Shown piece by piece: positions 10,061 through 18,937 of a DNA stretch of 64,000 nucleotides (positions are counted from its first letter, which is position 1; each line of letters opens with the position of its first letter). The DNA comes from a virus. Its lineage: Duplodnaviria > Heunggongvirae > Uroviricota > Caudoviricetes. The stretch is from positions 10,733 to 74,732 of the IMG/VR virus record IMGVR_UViG_3300037067_004979, one strand, 5' to 3'. Under the pieces are notes generated by a model, which saw nothing but the letters and a program-made list of their open reading frames with translations, had not been told where the DNA came from and did not search any database. The position numbers and the translations under genes are program-made.

Positions 10061-10796
10061 GAATTGTTTGAAATGTGGGAAAGAAATATTTGTAAAGCCT
10101 TCTATCTATAATAGAAAAAAATACTGTTCTAGAGAATGTAGAAAAACAGTAAAAATAGAACATGAATGTATAGGATGTCATGAGAAGTTTTATGTTTTTC
10201 CTAGTAGTAAAAAAATATATTGTTCACGTAAATGTCTAGATAAATATAGACCTAATGTTTGGCAGAAAAAATGGCCAAAAATATATGAATATGCTAATGT
10301 TAAATGTAATATGTGTGGGTCTCTAATGTATAGATCTTTAAAAAATAAAAATAATTATTATTGTTCTCAAAAGTGTTATCAAGAATATATAAAAAATAAT
10401 CCACATACTATCAGAATTGATCAAATTAACAACCAAGAGGTATTTTTACAAATTCTTTTAGAAATTATTTTGCCTACAGAATGGATATACGTTGGGAATA
10501 ACCAATTAAATATTTCTGGTAAAAATCCTGATTATGTACATAAAAGTGGTAATAAGTTAATAGAATATTATGGAAGATATTGGCATAGGAATGATAATCC
10601 AAATGAAAGAATTAAATTTTTTAGGGAAAGAGGCTATGAGTGTTTAGTAATATGGGAAGATGAATTATTTAAACAAGGCAAGACAAAATTATGCCCTAAG
10701 TGGTTAGAAACATTAGAAAAAATAGTGATATTTTCTGGTTATACAGGAGATAACTATGTAGGAGCTAGTAATGAGAAAAGAATTTGGGAATATTGA
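10023..10796 (+). CDS. free-standing homing-endonuclease-like protein (three zinc ribbons + Vsr/DUF559-like PD-(D/E)xK nuclease)
   Basis: Three C-x2-C...YCS(R/Q)xC(R/L/Y) zinc-ribbon repeats; C-terminal ISGKNPDYVHKSGNKLIEYYGRYWH...RERGYECLVIWEDE resembles Vsr/DUF559 fold and the intein endonuclease at 13563-14579; very AT-rich. Confidence 0.5.
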   Translation: MKKETNILLKLSKNCLKCGKEIFVKPSIYNRKKYCSRECRKTVKIEHECIGCHEKFYVFPSSKKIYCSRKCLDKYRPNVWQKKWPKIYEYANVKCNMCGSLMYRSLKNKNNYYCSQKCYQEYIKNNPHTIRIDQINNQEVFLQILLEIILPTEWIYVGNNQLNISGKNPDYVHKSGNKLIEYYGRYWHRNDNPNERIKFFRERGYECLVIWEDELFKQGKTKLCPKWLETLEKIVIFSGYTGDNYVGASNEKRIWEY

Positions 10797-11361
10797 TGAA
10801 GCCTCTAAATTTTTTAATAAAATGAAAATTAAATCTAAAATAAATTATATTTCTAAAGAATTGGATAGCTGTATTAATGAAGAGGGGATGATTCAAAAGT
10901 TCCTTAATGGTTATAAAAAGCTGGCTTTATTAAGTAAATCTTTTAACGGCCAAGAACTTAAAGATCTAGTAGATTTAGCTAAGTATGTTAATTCCATCAA
11001 GGGATTTAATCTATCTATGTCTGATAATCCAGATAGAATAGATAGGGTGTGTTACATAGATGCTGTTGCTCATAACCTGCACAAGCAGAAGCTGGTTGAT
11101 GGATCCTCAATATATAAGCAATTGGATGAGTTAGCATCAATCTCAAAATCAATTGGTGAGAGTAATAGGGAAGATAGGTTATTATTGTTGCAATCTCCAG
11201 TATATAATATTAATAAGATAAATAGTCTGGGAATAAGCATCCTCCAAAAATCATCTCTATCTCTTTGGGGGTTATATGAAAAAGCTATTAAGATTGGGGT
11301 GGAGAGATTATCAAATAGAGAACTGGTCTTACTCAGGGAATTCCTATGGAGTAAGATCTAG
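10771..11361 (+). CDS. hypothetical protein
   Basis: 196-aa ORF, no recognisable motif. Confidence 0.45.
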   Translation: MRKEFGNIDEASKFFNKMKIKSKINYISKELDSCINEEGMIQKFLNGYKKLALLSKSFNGQELKDLVDLAKYVNSIKGFNLSMSDNPDRIDRVCYIDAVAHNLHKQKLVDGSSIYKQLDELASISKSIGESNREDRLLLLQSPVYNINKINSLGISILQKSSLSLWGLYEKAIKIGVERLSNRELVLLREFLWSKI

Positions 11362-11372
11362 AGGAGGTAACT

Positions 11373-12557
11373 ATGGAAGACAAGAATCTATATAAGTCTA
11401 GGGATTATGATAAGGCTAATCAATTTGACAGGGTATTTCATAAGAGATATGAGTCTGGTTCATCCAAGATTGAGATTGGCCAGAGACCTGATAACATGGG
11501 TGTTGGTGGAAGAGCAATAGACATACTTCTTAATACCCCAATTTCTAAACTAGAATCAGTACTAAAGGCAGTTGGTGGTGTACCTGGTCAAAAGGCTGGT
11601 AGAAGAGTATATGTGGCACCAGGTGAAGCCCCACCCAAGGGTATTACTCTCTATAGAGGAAAGGAGGGTGGAAGATTCTATCTTGAAAACGAGTTTGAAC
11701 AGATGAAGGGATCACCATCTACCAGAGAAAACAAGCCTGATTATAAAAAAGAGCACTCATCTTTGTCTGATAGGGTCAAGTCTATTACTGAGAAGATGGA
11801 GAAGGAATACAACAATCTTGGTAATACTAAACCCAGAAATCCAGTAAATAGGTTTCAACCTGATCTACCACAAAATCAGGGTGTATTTAAGGGTAAGAAT
11901 CTAGCTACTGAGTATACACAAAAACCTGCTTCTCCAAAGTTTGAAGCTCCACAGGGTACTGTAAAGAACATCAAGCCCCCAAAGATTGAGAAGGAAGCTG
12001 GTCTTGGTGATGTTGGGTATAAGTCACCTGAGGTTGTATCTAAATCAATTAGTAGATTTCTGGCTAAACAGAATAATCCCTTTGCAATTGCTACTGCACA
12101 AGCTAAGAAGATGGGCTATCATAATTTTAAGGAGGGTACTCCTGGTGAGAAAAAGGTAGATGATATCTCTGAGGCTATCAAGGGCACAAAGAAGGTAGAG
12201 AAACAGAATCTTCCTAGCTTCAATCCAACTGGTAATCCAATGACTGGTATGGGTAACAAAGTAAAAGCTCAGGGCATAAAGAATAAACTTCTTGCTGGTC
12301 AAGGACAAGCTAAACTTGGTGCGGGTGGCAATATGCCGTCTAGTGCACAGAATGATATAGTAACTACAAATCAGCCACAAATACCTAAGACTATTGATCA
12401 AAGAAATCAAACCTTGTCAAGTAGGTCTGCTGGAATGTCTTCTCCAAAGATACAAGCTCCTGCAATGAGAAGTAGGGGTCCAAGAAATATACCATTTGCC
12501 CAATTTTCTTTGGCTGATAGAATAAATAAGTATATCCAGAAGAATGAAAAGAAATAG
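11373..12557 (+). CDS. Lys/Pro/Gly-rich protein carrying the RYY module (putative internal/ejection protein)
   Basis: RBS AGGAGGTAAC; RRVYVAPGEAPPKGITLYRGKEGGRFYLENE (nt 11601-11681); basic low-complexity C-terminal half. Confidence 0.5.
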   Translation: MEDKNLYKSRDYDKANQFDRVFHKRYESGSSKIEIGQRPDNMGVGGRAIDILLNTPISKLESVLKAVGGVPGQKAGRRVYVAPGEAPPKGITLYRGKEGGRFYLENEFEQMKGSPSTRENKPDYKKEHSSLSDRVKSITEKMEKEYNNLGNTKPRNPVNRFQPDLPQNQGVFKGKNLATEYTQKPASPKFEAPQGTVKNIKPPKIEKEAGLGDVGYKSPEVVSKSISRFLAKQNNPFAIATAQAKKMGYHNFKEGTPGEKKVDDISEAIKGTKKVEKQNLPSFNPTGNPMTGMGNKVKAQGIKNKLLAGQGQAKLGAGGNMPSSAQNDIVTTNQPQIPKTIDQRNQTLSSRSAGMSSPKIQAPAMRSRGPRNIPFAQFSLADRINKYIQKNEKK

Positions 12558-12571
12558 ATCTGAGGTATTAG

Positions 12572-12853
12572 TTGAGGAATCTCTTAAGGAGCCTCCAGGC
12601 GATTCTTTGGAATCCGAGGCAGAAGAAATCATACAAGATAATAAAGTATGTGTCAATAGTATTTGGGCATATAACCTTGCCACTGGACTTCTATGTGGCC
12701 ATAATGTGGGATGATGGAAGATTATTGATGGCATACATCTTGTTATTTACCCTGATTGTTCTGGGAATAATTGATAACATAGCCTGGGTTTGGATAATGG
12801 AGGAGATGGCTAAGGATAAGGTAAACTATGGTAGAAGAGGCAGAAGAAAATAG
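12572..12853 (+). CDS. small membrane protein
   Basis: 93 aa with two hydrophobic helices. Confidence 0.35.
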   Translation: MRNLLRSLQAILWNPRQKKSYKIIKYVSIVFGHITLPLDFYVAIMWDDGRLLMAYILLFTLIVLGIIDNIAWVWIMEEMAKDKVNYGRRGRRK

Positions 12854-12969
12854 TGGGTTGTCAGATCTGTCCAATCTGTGGTAAACCAAAGCCCTGCTAT
12901 GATGATATCTGCTATCAGTGTGAGCTAAGAGGTTATGAGGTACCAAAGAAAGATGATAAATTGGCTTGA
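12853..12969 (+). CDS. zinc-ribbon micro-protein (38 aa, GTG start), not in ORF track
   Basis: VGCQICPICGKPKPCYDDICYQCELRGYEVPKKDDKLA; two CxxC pairs. Confidence 0.25.
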   Translation: MGCQICPICGKPKPCYDDICYQCELRGYEVPKKDDKLA

Positions 12970-13058
12970 AATATTTATTTGTATTCCCGTTTGTTTATGT
13001 GTATGTGTTCCAACATGTTCACTGGTATGCTATCTACTAGATAAGAGGAGACACAATA

Positions 13059-14651
13059 GTGAAAAAGATTCTAAATAGAGTAGAGCAAGAGATTGAGAAC
13101 AGAAATATAGGAGAGGATGAGTTATCTGATATACTATCCTCATTTGAGCCAGCAAAAAATAGACGAATAATTGCAGGGTATGCCTCAGTATCAATTGTTG
13201 ATAGAGAGGGGCATCGAATAAGTATTGCTGCTCTTAAGGATGCTGCCTCAAGATTTATGAAGAGTGGTTATCCCCTTCTAAATGTTTTTCACAGTGATAT
13301 ATCAGTTGGTAAGGTCTTGCCAAGATGGACTGATCCTGAAACAGGTAAGATCTGGGAATCAAGAGTTGATGATAAGGGTTGGTTTGTTGTCTGTGAACTA
13401 AGATCTGACATAGAGATAGCTGATAAGGTTTGGGAAGAGGTTGTTAAGGGTAATCTTAGATCATTCTCCATAGCTGGTTCATCTAAGGCTAAGCATCAGG
13501 CCTATGAGGGTGGCCAACAGTTTACATCAATTGATGAGCTGGATTTGGCAGAAATTACAATTTGTTTACCTGGTGATCAAAAAGTATGGACTAAGTCAGG
13601 TCTTAAAGATATTAAAGACATACAAATTGGTGAGGAAGTTATATCTCATAAAGCTAAATGGAGAAAAGTTACCAAAAAATTTGAAAGGCTAATATCTGAG
13701 AAAATAATTAAGATAACTACTTCAAAGGGATCAGTTATTATAACAAAGAATCATCCTGTCAGAACTTTAATTTATGGTGGACAAAATATTGGAACACATT
13801 ATGAATGGAAAGAAGCTGGTTTTCTTAATGAGGGAGATCTAATATCTTTATTATCATTTAGAGGTGTATGCCCAAGATGTGGTTCTCCGATTTTTATGAC
13901 TAAAGGAAATAGAAATAGAGATTATTGTTCTCTAAAATGTAGATATACTATTGGCAATAGAAGAGGCAAAACATATGCTTCTGGTGATAAAGGAGCTTTG
14001 AAACGTAAAAAGAAAATGGAAGAATTCTATTCTTTTGAAGAAAACAGAAAAAAGATGGGTGCTGGTGGTAGATCAACATGGAATATACGAAAAAATAACC
14101 CAGAAAAATTAAAAGAATGGTTTATGAGATTTAGATCTAAAGATAACTCTAATCATTTTGTGTCTGGAGAAAATCATAAAAAAACTAAACCAGAAAGAGA
14201 GCTAGAGATCATTCTTAAAGAGCTTGGCCTCAGTGAATGGAAGTTTACTGGTGATGGTTCTTATCCTATAGCAGGCAAGTTTCCTGATTTTTATGATGGT
14301 GATAAAAAGATAATCGAGGTATTTGGTGGATATTGGCATAAAAAGGAAGAAGAACAAGAAAGAATAGAACATTTCAGGAAACATGGTTATGATTGTATCA
14401 TTTTATGGGATCATCAATTTGGTGATAAGGCTAGCATTAGAGATACAGTTAGTCAATTTAGCAGAAATAAATTATATAAGATATTAAAGATAGAAGAAAT
14501 GGAATATTCTGGTCTTGTATATAATTTAGAGGTAGAAGAGGATAATTCATTCTGCACAAATATCTGTTTGGTACATAATTGTGAAACTCCAGTCAATCAG
14601 ATGAGTAAGTTTGACATACTATGGAATCCTGGAAGGGTGGATGTTTTTTGA
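13059..14651 (+). CDS. HK97-family prohead protease (S78/U35) interrupted by an intein
   Basis: GTG start behind AGAGGAG RBS; N-extein IIAGYASVSIVDREGHRI...PLLNVFHSD...RSFSIAGSS matches HK97 gp4-type protease (His, Ser); intein begins CLPGDQKVWT and ends LVHN|CETPV. Confidence 0.8.
   Translation: MKKILNRVEQEIENRNIGEDELSDILSSFEPAKNRRIIAGYASVSIVDREGHRISIAALKDAASRFMKSGYPLLNVFHSDISVGKVLPRWTDPETGKIWESRVDDKGWFVVCELRSDIEIADKVWEEVVKGNLRSFSIAGSSKAKHQAYEGGQQFTSIDELDLAEITICLPGDQKVWTKSGLKDIKDIQIGEEVISHKAKWRKVTKKFERLISEKIIKITTSKGSVIITKNHPVRTLIYGGQNIGTHYEWKEAGFLNEGDLISLLSFRGVCPRCGSPIFMTKGNRNRDYCSLKCRYTIGNRRGKTYASGDKGALKRKKKMEEFYSFEENRKKMGAGGRSTWNIRKNNPEKLKEWFMRFRSKDNSNHFVSGENHKKTKPERELEIILKELGLSEWKFTGDGSYPIAGKFPDFYDGDKKIIEVFGGYWHKKEEEQERIEHFRKHGYDCIILWDHQFGDKASIRDTVSQFSRNKLYKILKIEEMEYSGLVYNLEVEEDNSFCTNICLVHNCETPVNQMSKFDILWNPGRVDVF
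13563..14579 (+). mobile_element. intein (339 aa) with zinc ribbon and Vsr/DUF559-like homing endonuclease domain
   Basis: Block A CLPGDQKVW after extein AEITI; block G VHN followed by Cys; internal CPRCGSPIF...YCSLKCR zinc ribbon and GDGSYPIAGKFPDFYDGDKKIIEVFGGYWH...HGYDCIILWDHQF nuclease paralogous to ORF 10023. Confidence 0.65.
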
Positions 14652-14657
14652 TATAAT
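14640..14657 (+). promoter_or_regulatory. conserved phage promoter motif GATGTTTTTTGATATAAT (extended -10)
   Basis: TGnTATAAT extended -10 with upstream T-tract; one of >=9 copies. Confidence 0.5.
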
Positions 14658-14676
14658 ATAAGTGGGCTTGTATCCA

Positions 14677-14720
14677 ATGTCCTGCCGGAAATCCCCTGGA
14701 GTCTAAAAAGATTCTGGGGG
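14677..14720 (+). terminator. rho-independent terminator
   Basis: GGAAATCCCC...GGGGATTTTTATT hairpin + T-run after protease gene. Confidence 0.6.
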
Positions 14721-14730
14721 ATTTTTATTG

Positions 14731-14748
14731 ATGTTTTTTGGTATAATG
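14731..14748 (+). promoter_or_regulatory. conserved promoter motif GATGTTTTTTGGTATAAT
   Basis: Immediately after terminator; drives small-protein cluster. Confidence 0.55.
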
Positions 14749-14844
14749 TGTATATGCCAACTATTGAAATTGAGTTTAATGTTGTGGTGGGGGGTAATAA
14801 GATATAACCTTAACCATAACACTGTTGAGGATAGGGGAAAGTGT

Positions 14845-15027
14845 ATGGCTTGTGGGTATATTTTCCCTAATTACAAGCACTATATGGTAATATGTGATAA
14901 CTGTTTTGATGTGTGGAGTAATAATAGGTTATCCAAGGGGAGAGATCACTTCTTTAGAAATTTTAGGAGAATACCAACCATTGAGGAATACAAGAGATAC
15001 CGATTGCTTGATAGTTTAAGAGGATGA
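14845..15027 (+). CDS. small zinc-ribbon protein (MML-tail family)
   Basis: Start moved to ATG 14845 after AGGGGAAAG; CxxC...CDNCF; C-term EEYKRYRLLDSLRG. Confidence 0.45.
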   Translation: MACGYIFPNYKHYMVICDNCFDVWSNNRLSKGRDHFFRNFRRIPTIEEYKRYRLLDSLRG

Positions 15028-15275
15028 CTAAATTAGATAGAGTGTTATTTGCCTACTACAGGTATCACACAAACAGTCACAGAGAAACTGGTATGTGTAT
15101 ATGCTGTGATGCAAGGTGTAAGAATAACAACATCATGTTTTGTGAGAGTTGTCTCAATATCTATCTAACATTCAGGCAATCACTCAAAAAAAGTGAGCTA
15201 TATACCTTAGCTAAAGCCAGCAGTGATTTTGCTGACTTCAAGTATAAGCTAATGATGCTGAGGTTAAAAGCATAA
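15024..15275 (+). CDS. small zinc-ribbon protein (MML-tail family)
   Basis: CICCDARC...MFCESCL; C-term KLMMLRLKA. Confidence 0.5.
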   Translation: MTKLDRVLFAYYRYHTNSHRETGMCICCDARCKNNNIMFCESCLNIYLTFRQSLKKSELYTLAKASSDFADFKYKLMMLRLKA

Positions 15276-15529
15276 TGGATATTGATATTGCTAGATTAGC
15301 TAGAGCTGTATATTATCATTATAATCAAACATCATATGAAAAGATCAAAGAGTGCGTTGTTTGTGGTAAGGATGTAGCTTCTAATATGATCTTTTGTTCA
15401 GAACATGATAAACAGTGGGAGGATTTTAAGCATTATTCTCTTGGTTTGGAAGATACCTATGCTATGTTAGCTTCATCAGAATCTGAGGATGAGTATATTA
15501 GAAACCTAATGATGAGGGTAATGAGATGA
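15275..15529 (+). CDS. small zinc-ribbon protein (MML-tail family)
   Basis: CVVCGKDV...FCSEHD; C-term IRNLMMRVMR. Confidence 0.5.
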   Translation: MDIDIARLARAVYYHYNQTSYEKIKECVVCGKDVASNMIFCSEHDKQWEDFKHYSLGLEDTYAMLASSESEDEYIRNLMMRVMR

Positions 15530-15601
15530 TAGAGGATTTATGTATCTGTATATTTTTGTTAGTGCCTTGTTTTATCATAGCATTTATATTTTTTTGGCAG
15601 G

Positions 15602-15796
15602 ATGATATATAGATCAATCCTGAGAATCAAGAGAATTCATGAGGTATATCTATTCAGTAGTAAGATACTAGAAGAGGATATTAATGAATATTGTCTCTTG
15701 CCACCATTTAGATATATGGTAGATAGACATGATATACCATTAGAGGATTTTGCTAAGACTGAGAGAATATTATACAGGATGAGAAATAGCATATGA
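15602..15796 (+). CDS. small hypothetical protein, paralog of 15812
   Basis: Shares LLPPFRYMVDRHDIPLEDFAKTERILYRMRNSI-type C-terminus with next ORF. Confidence 0.4.
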   Translation: MIYRSILRIKRIHEVYLFSSKILEEDINEYCLLPPFRYMVDRHDIPLEDFAKTERILYRMRNSI

Positions 15797-15811
15797 GGAT
15801 CTACTAATAAG

Positions 15812-16084
15812 ATGTTTAGTATATTTATTATGATTATTTTTTCTATCATGGTAATTTGTTCAATTCCTTTTATAGTGACTGGTTTTATCAAAATTCATGA
15901 GTGTAATAAGGACTTAAAGAGAAATGAAGAGGTATATGATTACAGAGTAAGGATGATAAAAAAAGATTATGAGGAGTTTCTTCTTCTGCCAAGTTATGAT
16001 AAGATGTTGGAGGATAGAGACACACCCGTAGATGGTTTTGCCATAAGGGAAAGAATGCTGCATAGGATGAGAAAGAGTGTATGA
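15812..16084 (+). CDS. small protein with N-terminal TM helix, paralog of 15602
   Basis: LLLPSYDKMLEDRDTPVDGFAIRERMLHRMRKSV parallels previous ORF. Confidence 0.4.
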   Translation: MFSIFIMIIFSIMVICSIPFIVTGFIKIHECNKDLKRNEEVYDYRVRMIKKDYEEFLLLPSYDKMLEDRDTPVDGFAIRERMLHRMRKSV

Positions 16085-16368
16085 GTATCTGTGAAGATAT
16101 CCACTGCCCAGCCTGTTATTCAGTGAGTGGAGACCATGCAACTTATGAAATAGTACCAAAGTATACCTGTGGGACAATCTGGTGTGTGGGTGAGTGTATT
16201 ACTGGTGAGGCTGGTAACAGACTACAGTGCTGTTATCTATGTAGAAAGAGAGGCAGGTGTGATGAGTATGCACTGGTATATAAGGGTAGTGGACTAGAGG
16301 GTATCATGAGAACAAGAGCTATCAGAAAACACATAAGGAGATACTATAGAGATAATGAGTATATGTGA
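16081..16368 (+). CDS. Cys-rich small protein (CC-x-L-C subfamily)
   Basis: CPACYS...CGTIWCVGEC...CCYLCRKRGRC. Confidence 0.5.
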   Translation: MSICEDIHCPACYSVSGDHATYEIVPKYTCGTIWCVGECITGEAGNRLQCCYLCRKRGRCDEYALVYKGSGLEGIMRTRAIRKHIRRYYRDNEYM

Positions 16369-16621
16369 TGATATTAGGTGTCCCTGTGGTTATGATGTGC
16401 ATGGTATCTCTAGGTATGATCTTCACCCAAAATATGTAGATGATACATTACGATGTGATGAGTCTTGCCCCGATTCAAAGGATCATTTGTATGCATGCTG
16501 TTATCTATGTGATAGCAGAGATAAATGCAGTGTATTTACAGCTACCTTTGGTGGTCTTGAGGGTATAATAAGAGAAAAAAAGATCCGAGATCATCTGAAG
16601 GAACACTATGGTAAGTCCTGA
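16355..16621 (+). CDS. Cys-rich small protein (CC-x-L-C subfamily), tandem paralog
   Basis: MSICDDIRCPCGY...CCYLCDSRDKC; same N-terminus MSIC(E/D)DI as previous. Confidence 0.5.
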   Translation: MSICDDIRCPCGYDVHGISRYDLHPKYVDDTLRCDESCPDSKDHLYACCYLCDSRDKCSVFTATFGGLEGIIREKKIRDHLKEHYGKS

Positions 16622-16694
16622 GTATAGCTCAGTCTGGTAGAGCACTTGGCCTGGGACCAAGGGGTCGTTGGTTCGAATCCAACTACTCAGACCA
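16618..16694 (+). tRNA. tRNA-Pro (anticodon UGG), CCA encoded
   Basis: Cloverleaf read by hand: acceptor CTGAGTA/TACTCAG, D-arm GCTC-AGTCTGGTA-GAGC, anticodon arm CTTGG-CCTGGGA-CCAAG, T-arm GTTGG-TTCGAAT-CCAAC, ACCA 3' end. Confidence 0.75.
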
Positions 16695-16721
16695 AATAGA
16701 TGTTTGTTGTATAATGTAATT

Positions 16722-16982
16722 ATGCCAATAATAAAATTCTTTAGTAGTGATCTAGGATGCAGGATGGAGGATAATTCATCCTGTGAGTATAACACTGACA
16801 CTGGTGAGCTCATCTGTGCTGAGGAGTGTGATAGAATAACTGATAGTGATAACAATCACATCTGTTGTTTATTTTGTGGTAAATTTCCCTGTAAGGGATG
16901 GGATGAACCACTTGGAGCTATTATGATTAAGAACAATGCAATGAAGAAGATAGGTTATTGCATTGAGGAGAAACAACAGTGA
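16722..16982 (+). CDS. Cys-rich small protein
   Basis: Start trimmed to ATG 16722 to avoid tRNA; CEYNTDTGELICAEEC...CCLFCGKFPC. Confidence 0.4.
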   Translation: MPIIKFFSSDLGCRMEDNSSCEYNTDTGELICAEECDRITDSDNNHICCLFCGKFPCKGWDEPLGAIMIKNNAMKKIGYCIEEKQQ

Positions 16983-17278
16983 GTTGTGAGATCTGTGGTA
17001 GTCCTGATAAATTTAAGATCTGTTCATTTACCAGTGGAATCCGTTCAAATAGTTTGTATCATATCTTAGATCTGAAATCAGTAAATAACATGAATAGTGA
17101 GATTACTATACACCACAAGTTTTGCTCAGAACATCTAATTGAATTTTATCGTATGGAACTCATATTAAATGGGTTAAGAGATAATAACCTCCCTGTTGTG
17201 GGTGGTTGTAGGAGATGTAAGGATATACTAAAAAATTTATTTTCTGAGAGGGGACATGATATTACCAATCTACTCTGA
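16979..17278 (+). CDS. small zinc-ribbon protein
   Basis: CEICGSPDKFKIC...CSEH...CRRCKD. Confidence 0.45.
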   Translation: MSCEICGSPDKFKICSFTSGIRSNSLYHILDLKSVNNMNSEITIHHKFCSEHLIEFYRMELILNGLRDNNLPVVGGCRRCKDILKNLFSERGHDITNLL

Positions 17279-17446
17279 GATTATAGATATAATCATAGAG
17301 AGGAGGTTACCACTCCCCATGAATTGCAGTGGGAAAACAAATCATAACATGATGATGCTTCATCTCTGGTTTAACTCACTCATTGCAAGAGACAGGATTG
17401 TTTATCTGGATAGGAATGGTTATATACAGGAGGTTATGTTATAGAT

Positions 17447-17731
17447 ATGATTAAAGAATTAAGGGATTATATTGATATTTTCTTAAAAGTTGAAGAATTA
17501 GAGAATCAAGCAAGAACAGCAACTTCAGAGCTATATGGTATTCGTAATAAGACGTTCAAATTACTACAGGAAATAGGACACTCTGTTGCAATCTGTGTTG
17601 ATAATAAAGTTATTGTGCTTCAATCAGAGGGGACTTCCTCTGTAAAAGTCACTATTCACTACAGTGAGGATGAGGCTATCAAAAAATTAATGTTGGAGAA
17701 ACTGAATGACAAGAATCTGCCCAAAGTGTAA
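17447..17731 (+). CDS. small coiled-coil protein with LMLEKL C-terminal helix
   Basis: No Cys; C-term AIKKLMLEKLNDKN parallels ORF 18938. Confidence 0.45.
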   Translation: MIKELRDYIDIFLKVEELENQARTATSELYGIRNKTFKLLQEIGHSVAICVDNKVIVLQSEGTSSVKVTIHYSEDEAIKKLMLEKLNDKNLPKV

Positions 17732-17987
17732 GACAATTCTGTTTAGGGATGGCAAAAATACATATCATTGTATTGGTTGCTCTCTCAATGGTTCATACAT
17801 TGATATGGAGAGGCAGGCAATACAGATAAGAGATAGGGTAGAGAGACATGCCATCAAGGTCGAGTGTGTTAGGTGTGGTGTGAGAAAGGTACTCAATAAG
17901 GAGATATCCTGCTCTACACTAATCAATAATAACTCCAGATTTATCTGTCATGATTGCCAGAGTATTATCAGAATTGGTAGAAGATAA
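17706..17987 (+). CDS. small zinc-ribbon protein
   Basis: CPKCKT...CIGC...CVRCG...CHDCQ. Confidence 0.45.
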   Translation: MTRICPKCKTILFRDGKNTYHCIGCSLNGSYIDMERQAIQIRDRVERHAIKVECVRCGVRKVLNKEISCSTLINNNSRFICHDCQSIIRIGRR

Positions 17988-18358
17988 TGAGAATATACGC
18001 CAAGTTTAGTGAGATACATAATGTAGAGGTAAATGTGTCACATGTTGGATCATTCCACATGCCAGATTTATTGAAGATCCCTGGCGCTGAGATCACAGTT
18101 ATCAAGTGTAATAAATTTAATATAACCAAGGATAATAAGTATAATCCTAAGATTGTTGGTGATTTAATCAAACACATGAATTATAGATGGCATAGGGTTA
18201 AAGTTAAACTGTGTATTCCTGGTACCAGGTGTACTCTCACATACTCATCAGAGAGACTAATGGCAAGTGAGGTGAAGGCACTTGGGTTAGAGCCAATTGA
18301 ATCTGCTATTCTCAAGGAAGAGCAGTATGCCATGTTTGGAGCTATATCAGGTGGGTAA
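17987..18358 (+). CDS. hypothetical protein
   Basis: 123-aa ORF, no motif. Confidence 0.4.
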   Translation: MRIYAKFSEIHNVEVNVSHVGSFHMPDLLKIPGAEITVIKCNKFNITKDNKYNPKIVGDLIKHMNYRWHRVKVKLCIPGTRCTLTYSSERLMASEVKALGLEPIESAILKEEQYAMFGAISGG

Positions 18359-18533
18359 TTCTAGTGAGATAATCCTAATGATGCGTGCACAGTTAGACAG
18401 ATTACTGATTATCACTGGTGAGCTTGACATTAATCTGAGTGCTAGTGATTCTGTCTATGATGATATCATTCCATCTGTGGAAGCCATAAGAAGAGAACTG
18501 GCATCCATAGAGAGAGTCATCAGTAATGTATGA
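18297..18533 (+). CDS. hypothetical small protein
   Basis: 78-aa ORF, overlaps previous; weak. Confidence 0.3.
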   Translation: MNLLFSRKSSMPCLELYQVGNSSEIILMMRAQLDRLLIITGELDINLSASDSVYDDIIPSVEAIRRELASIERVISNV

Positions 18534-18611
18534 TACCATTGGCTTTATAATCTGGATTATTGTCTTTGTGGTTATTCTTGTGGTGTCTGCTATAGTTGGG
18601 AGGTCAAGCAG

Positions 18612-18896
18612 GTGAACTACGACAGAATAAGAAAGTTAGCATCAATTATAGTGGATTATTGTGAGGATCAATACCATACTGTTAAATATGATGGTAGATG
18701 TAGAGTGTGTGATGTGCTTATAGAACACGAATGTGTGTATTGCTGTAACACATGTTGGGAAACTTATTTTGAAAGTGGTATTTCCTTGATTGGGTGGGAT
18801 CCATCAACAGACTCCCTAATTAATTTCTATAGAAGTTTTAGAAATCTGTCTGATGAAGAAATCAGGTTGAAATTAATGCTAGGATCACTAAGGTAA
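18612..18896 (+). CDS. small zinc-ribbon protein (MML-tail family)
   Basis: GTG start after GGGAGG; CRVCDV...CVYCCNTCW; C-term IRLKLMLGSLR. Confidence 0.5.
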   Translation: MNYDRIRKLASIIVDYCEDQYHTVKYDGRCRVCDVLIEHECVYCCNTCWETYFESGISLIGWDPSTDSLINFYRSFRNLSDEEIRLKLMLGSLR

Positions 18897-18912
18897 GTTG
18901 TTTTTTGATATA
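18895..18912 (+). promoter_or_regulatory. conserved promoter motif GTTGTTTTTTGATATAAT
   Basis: Extended -10 copy; followed by GGAGGATTT RBS. Confidence 0.5.
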
Positions 18913-18937
18913 ATTATCATGTTTGGAGGATTTAACA

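Noticed and set aside
14728-14844. 5' extension of track ORF 14728-15027 (MMFFGIMCICQ...)
   Set aside because: Would be translated across the promoter motif with no RBS. ATG 14845 behind AGGGGAAAG is the likelier start.
16668-16721. 5' part of track ORF 16668-16982 overlapping tRNA-Pro
   Set aside because: Overlap with tRNA; an in-frame ATG at 16722 gives a clean start downstream of the tRNA.
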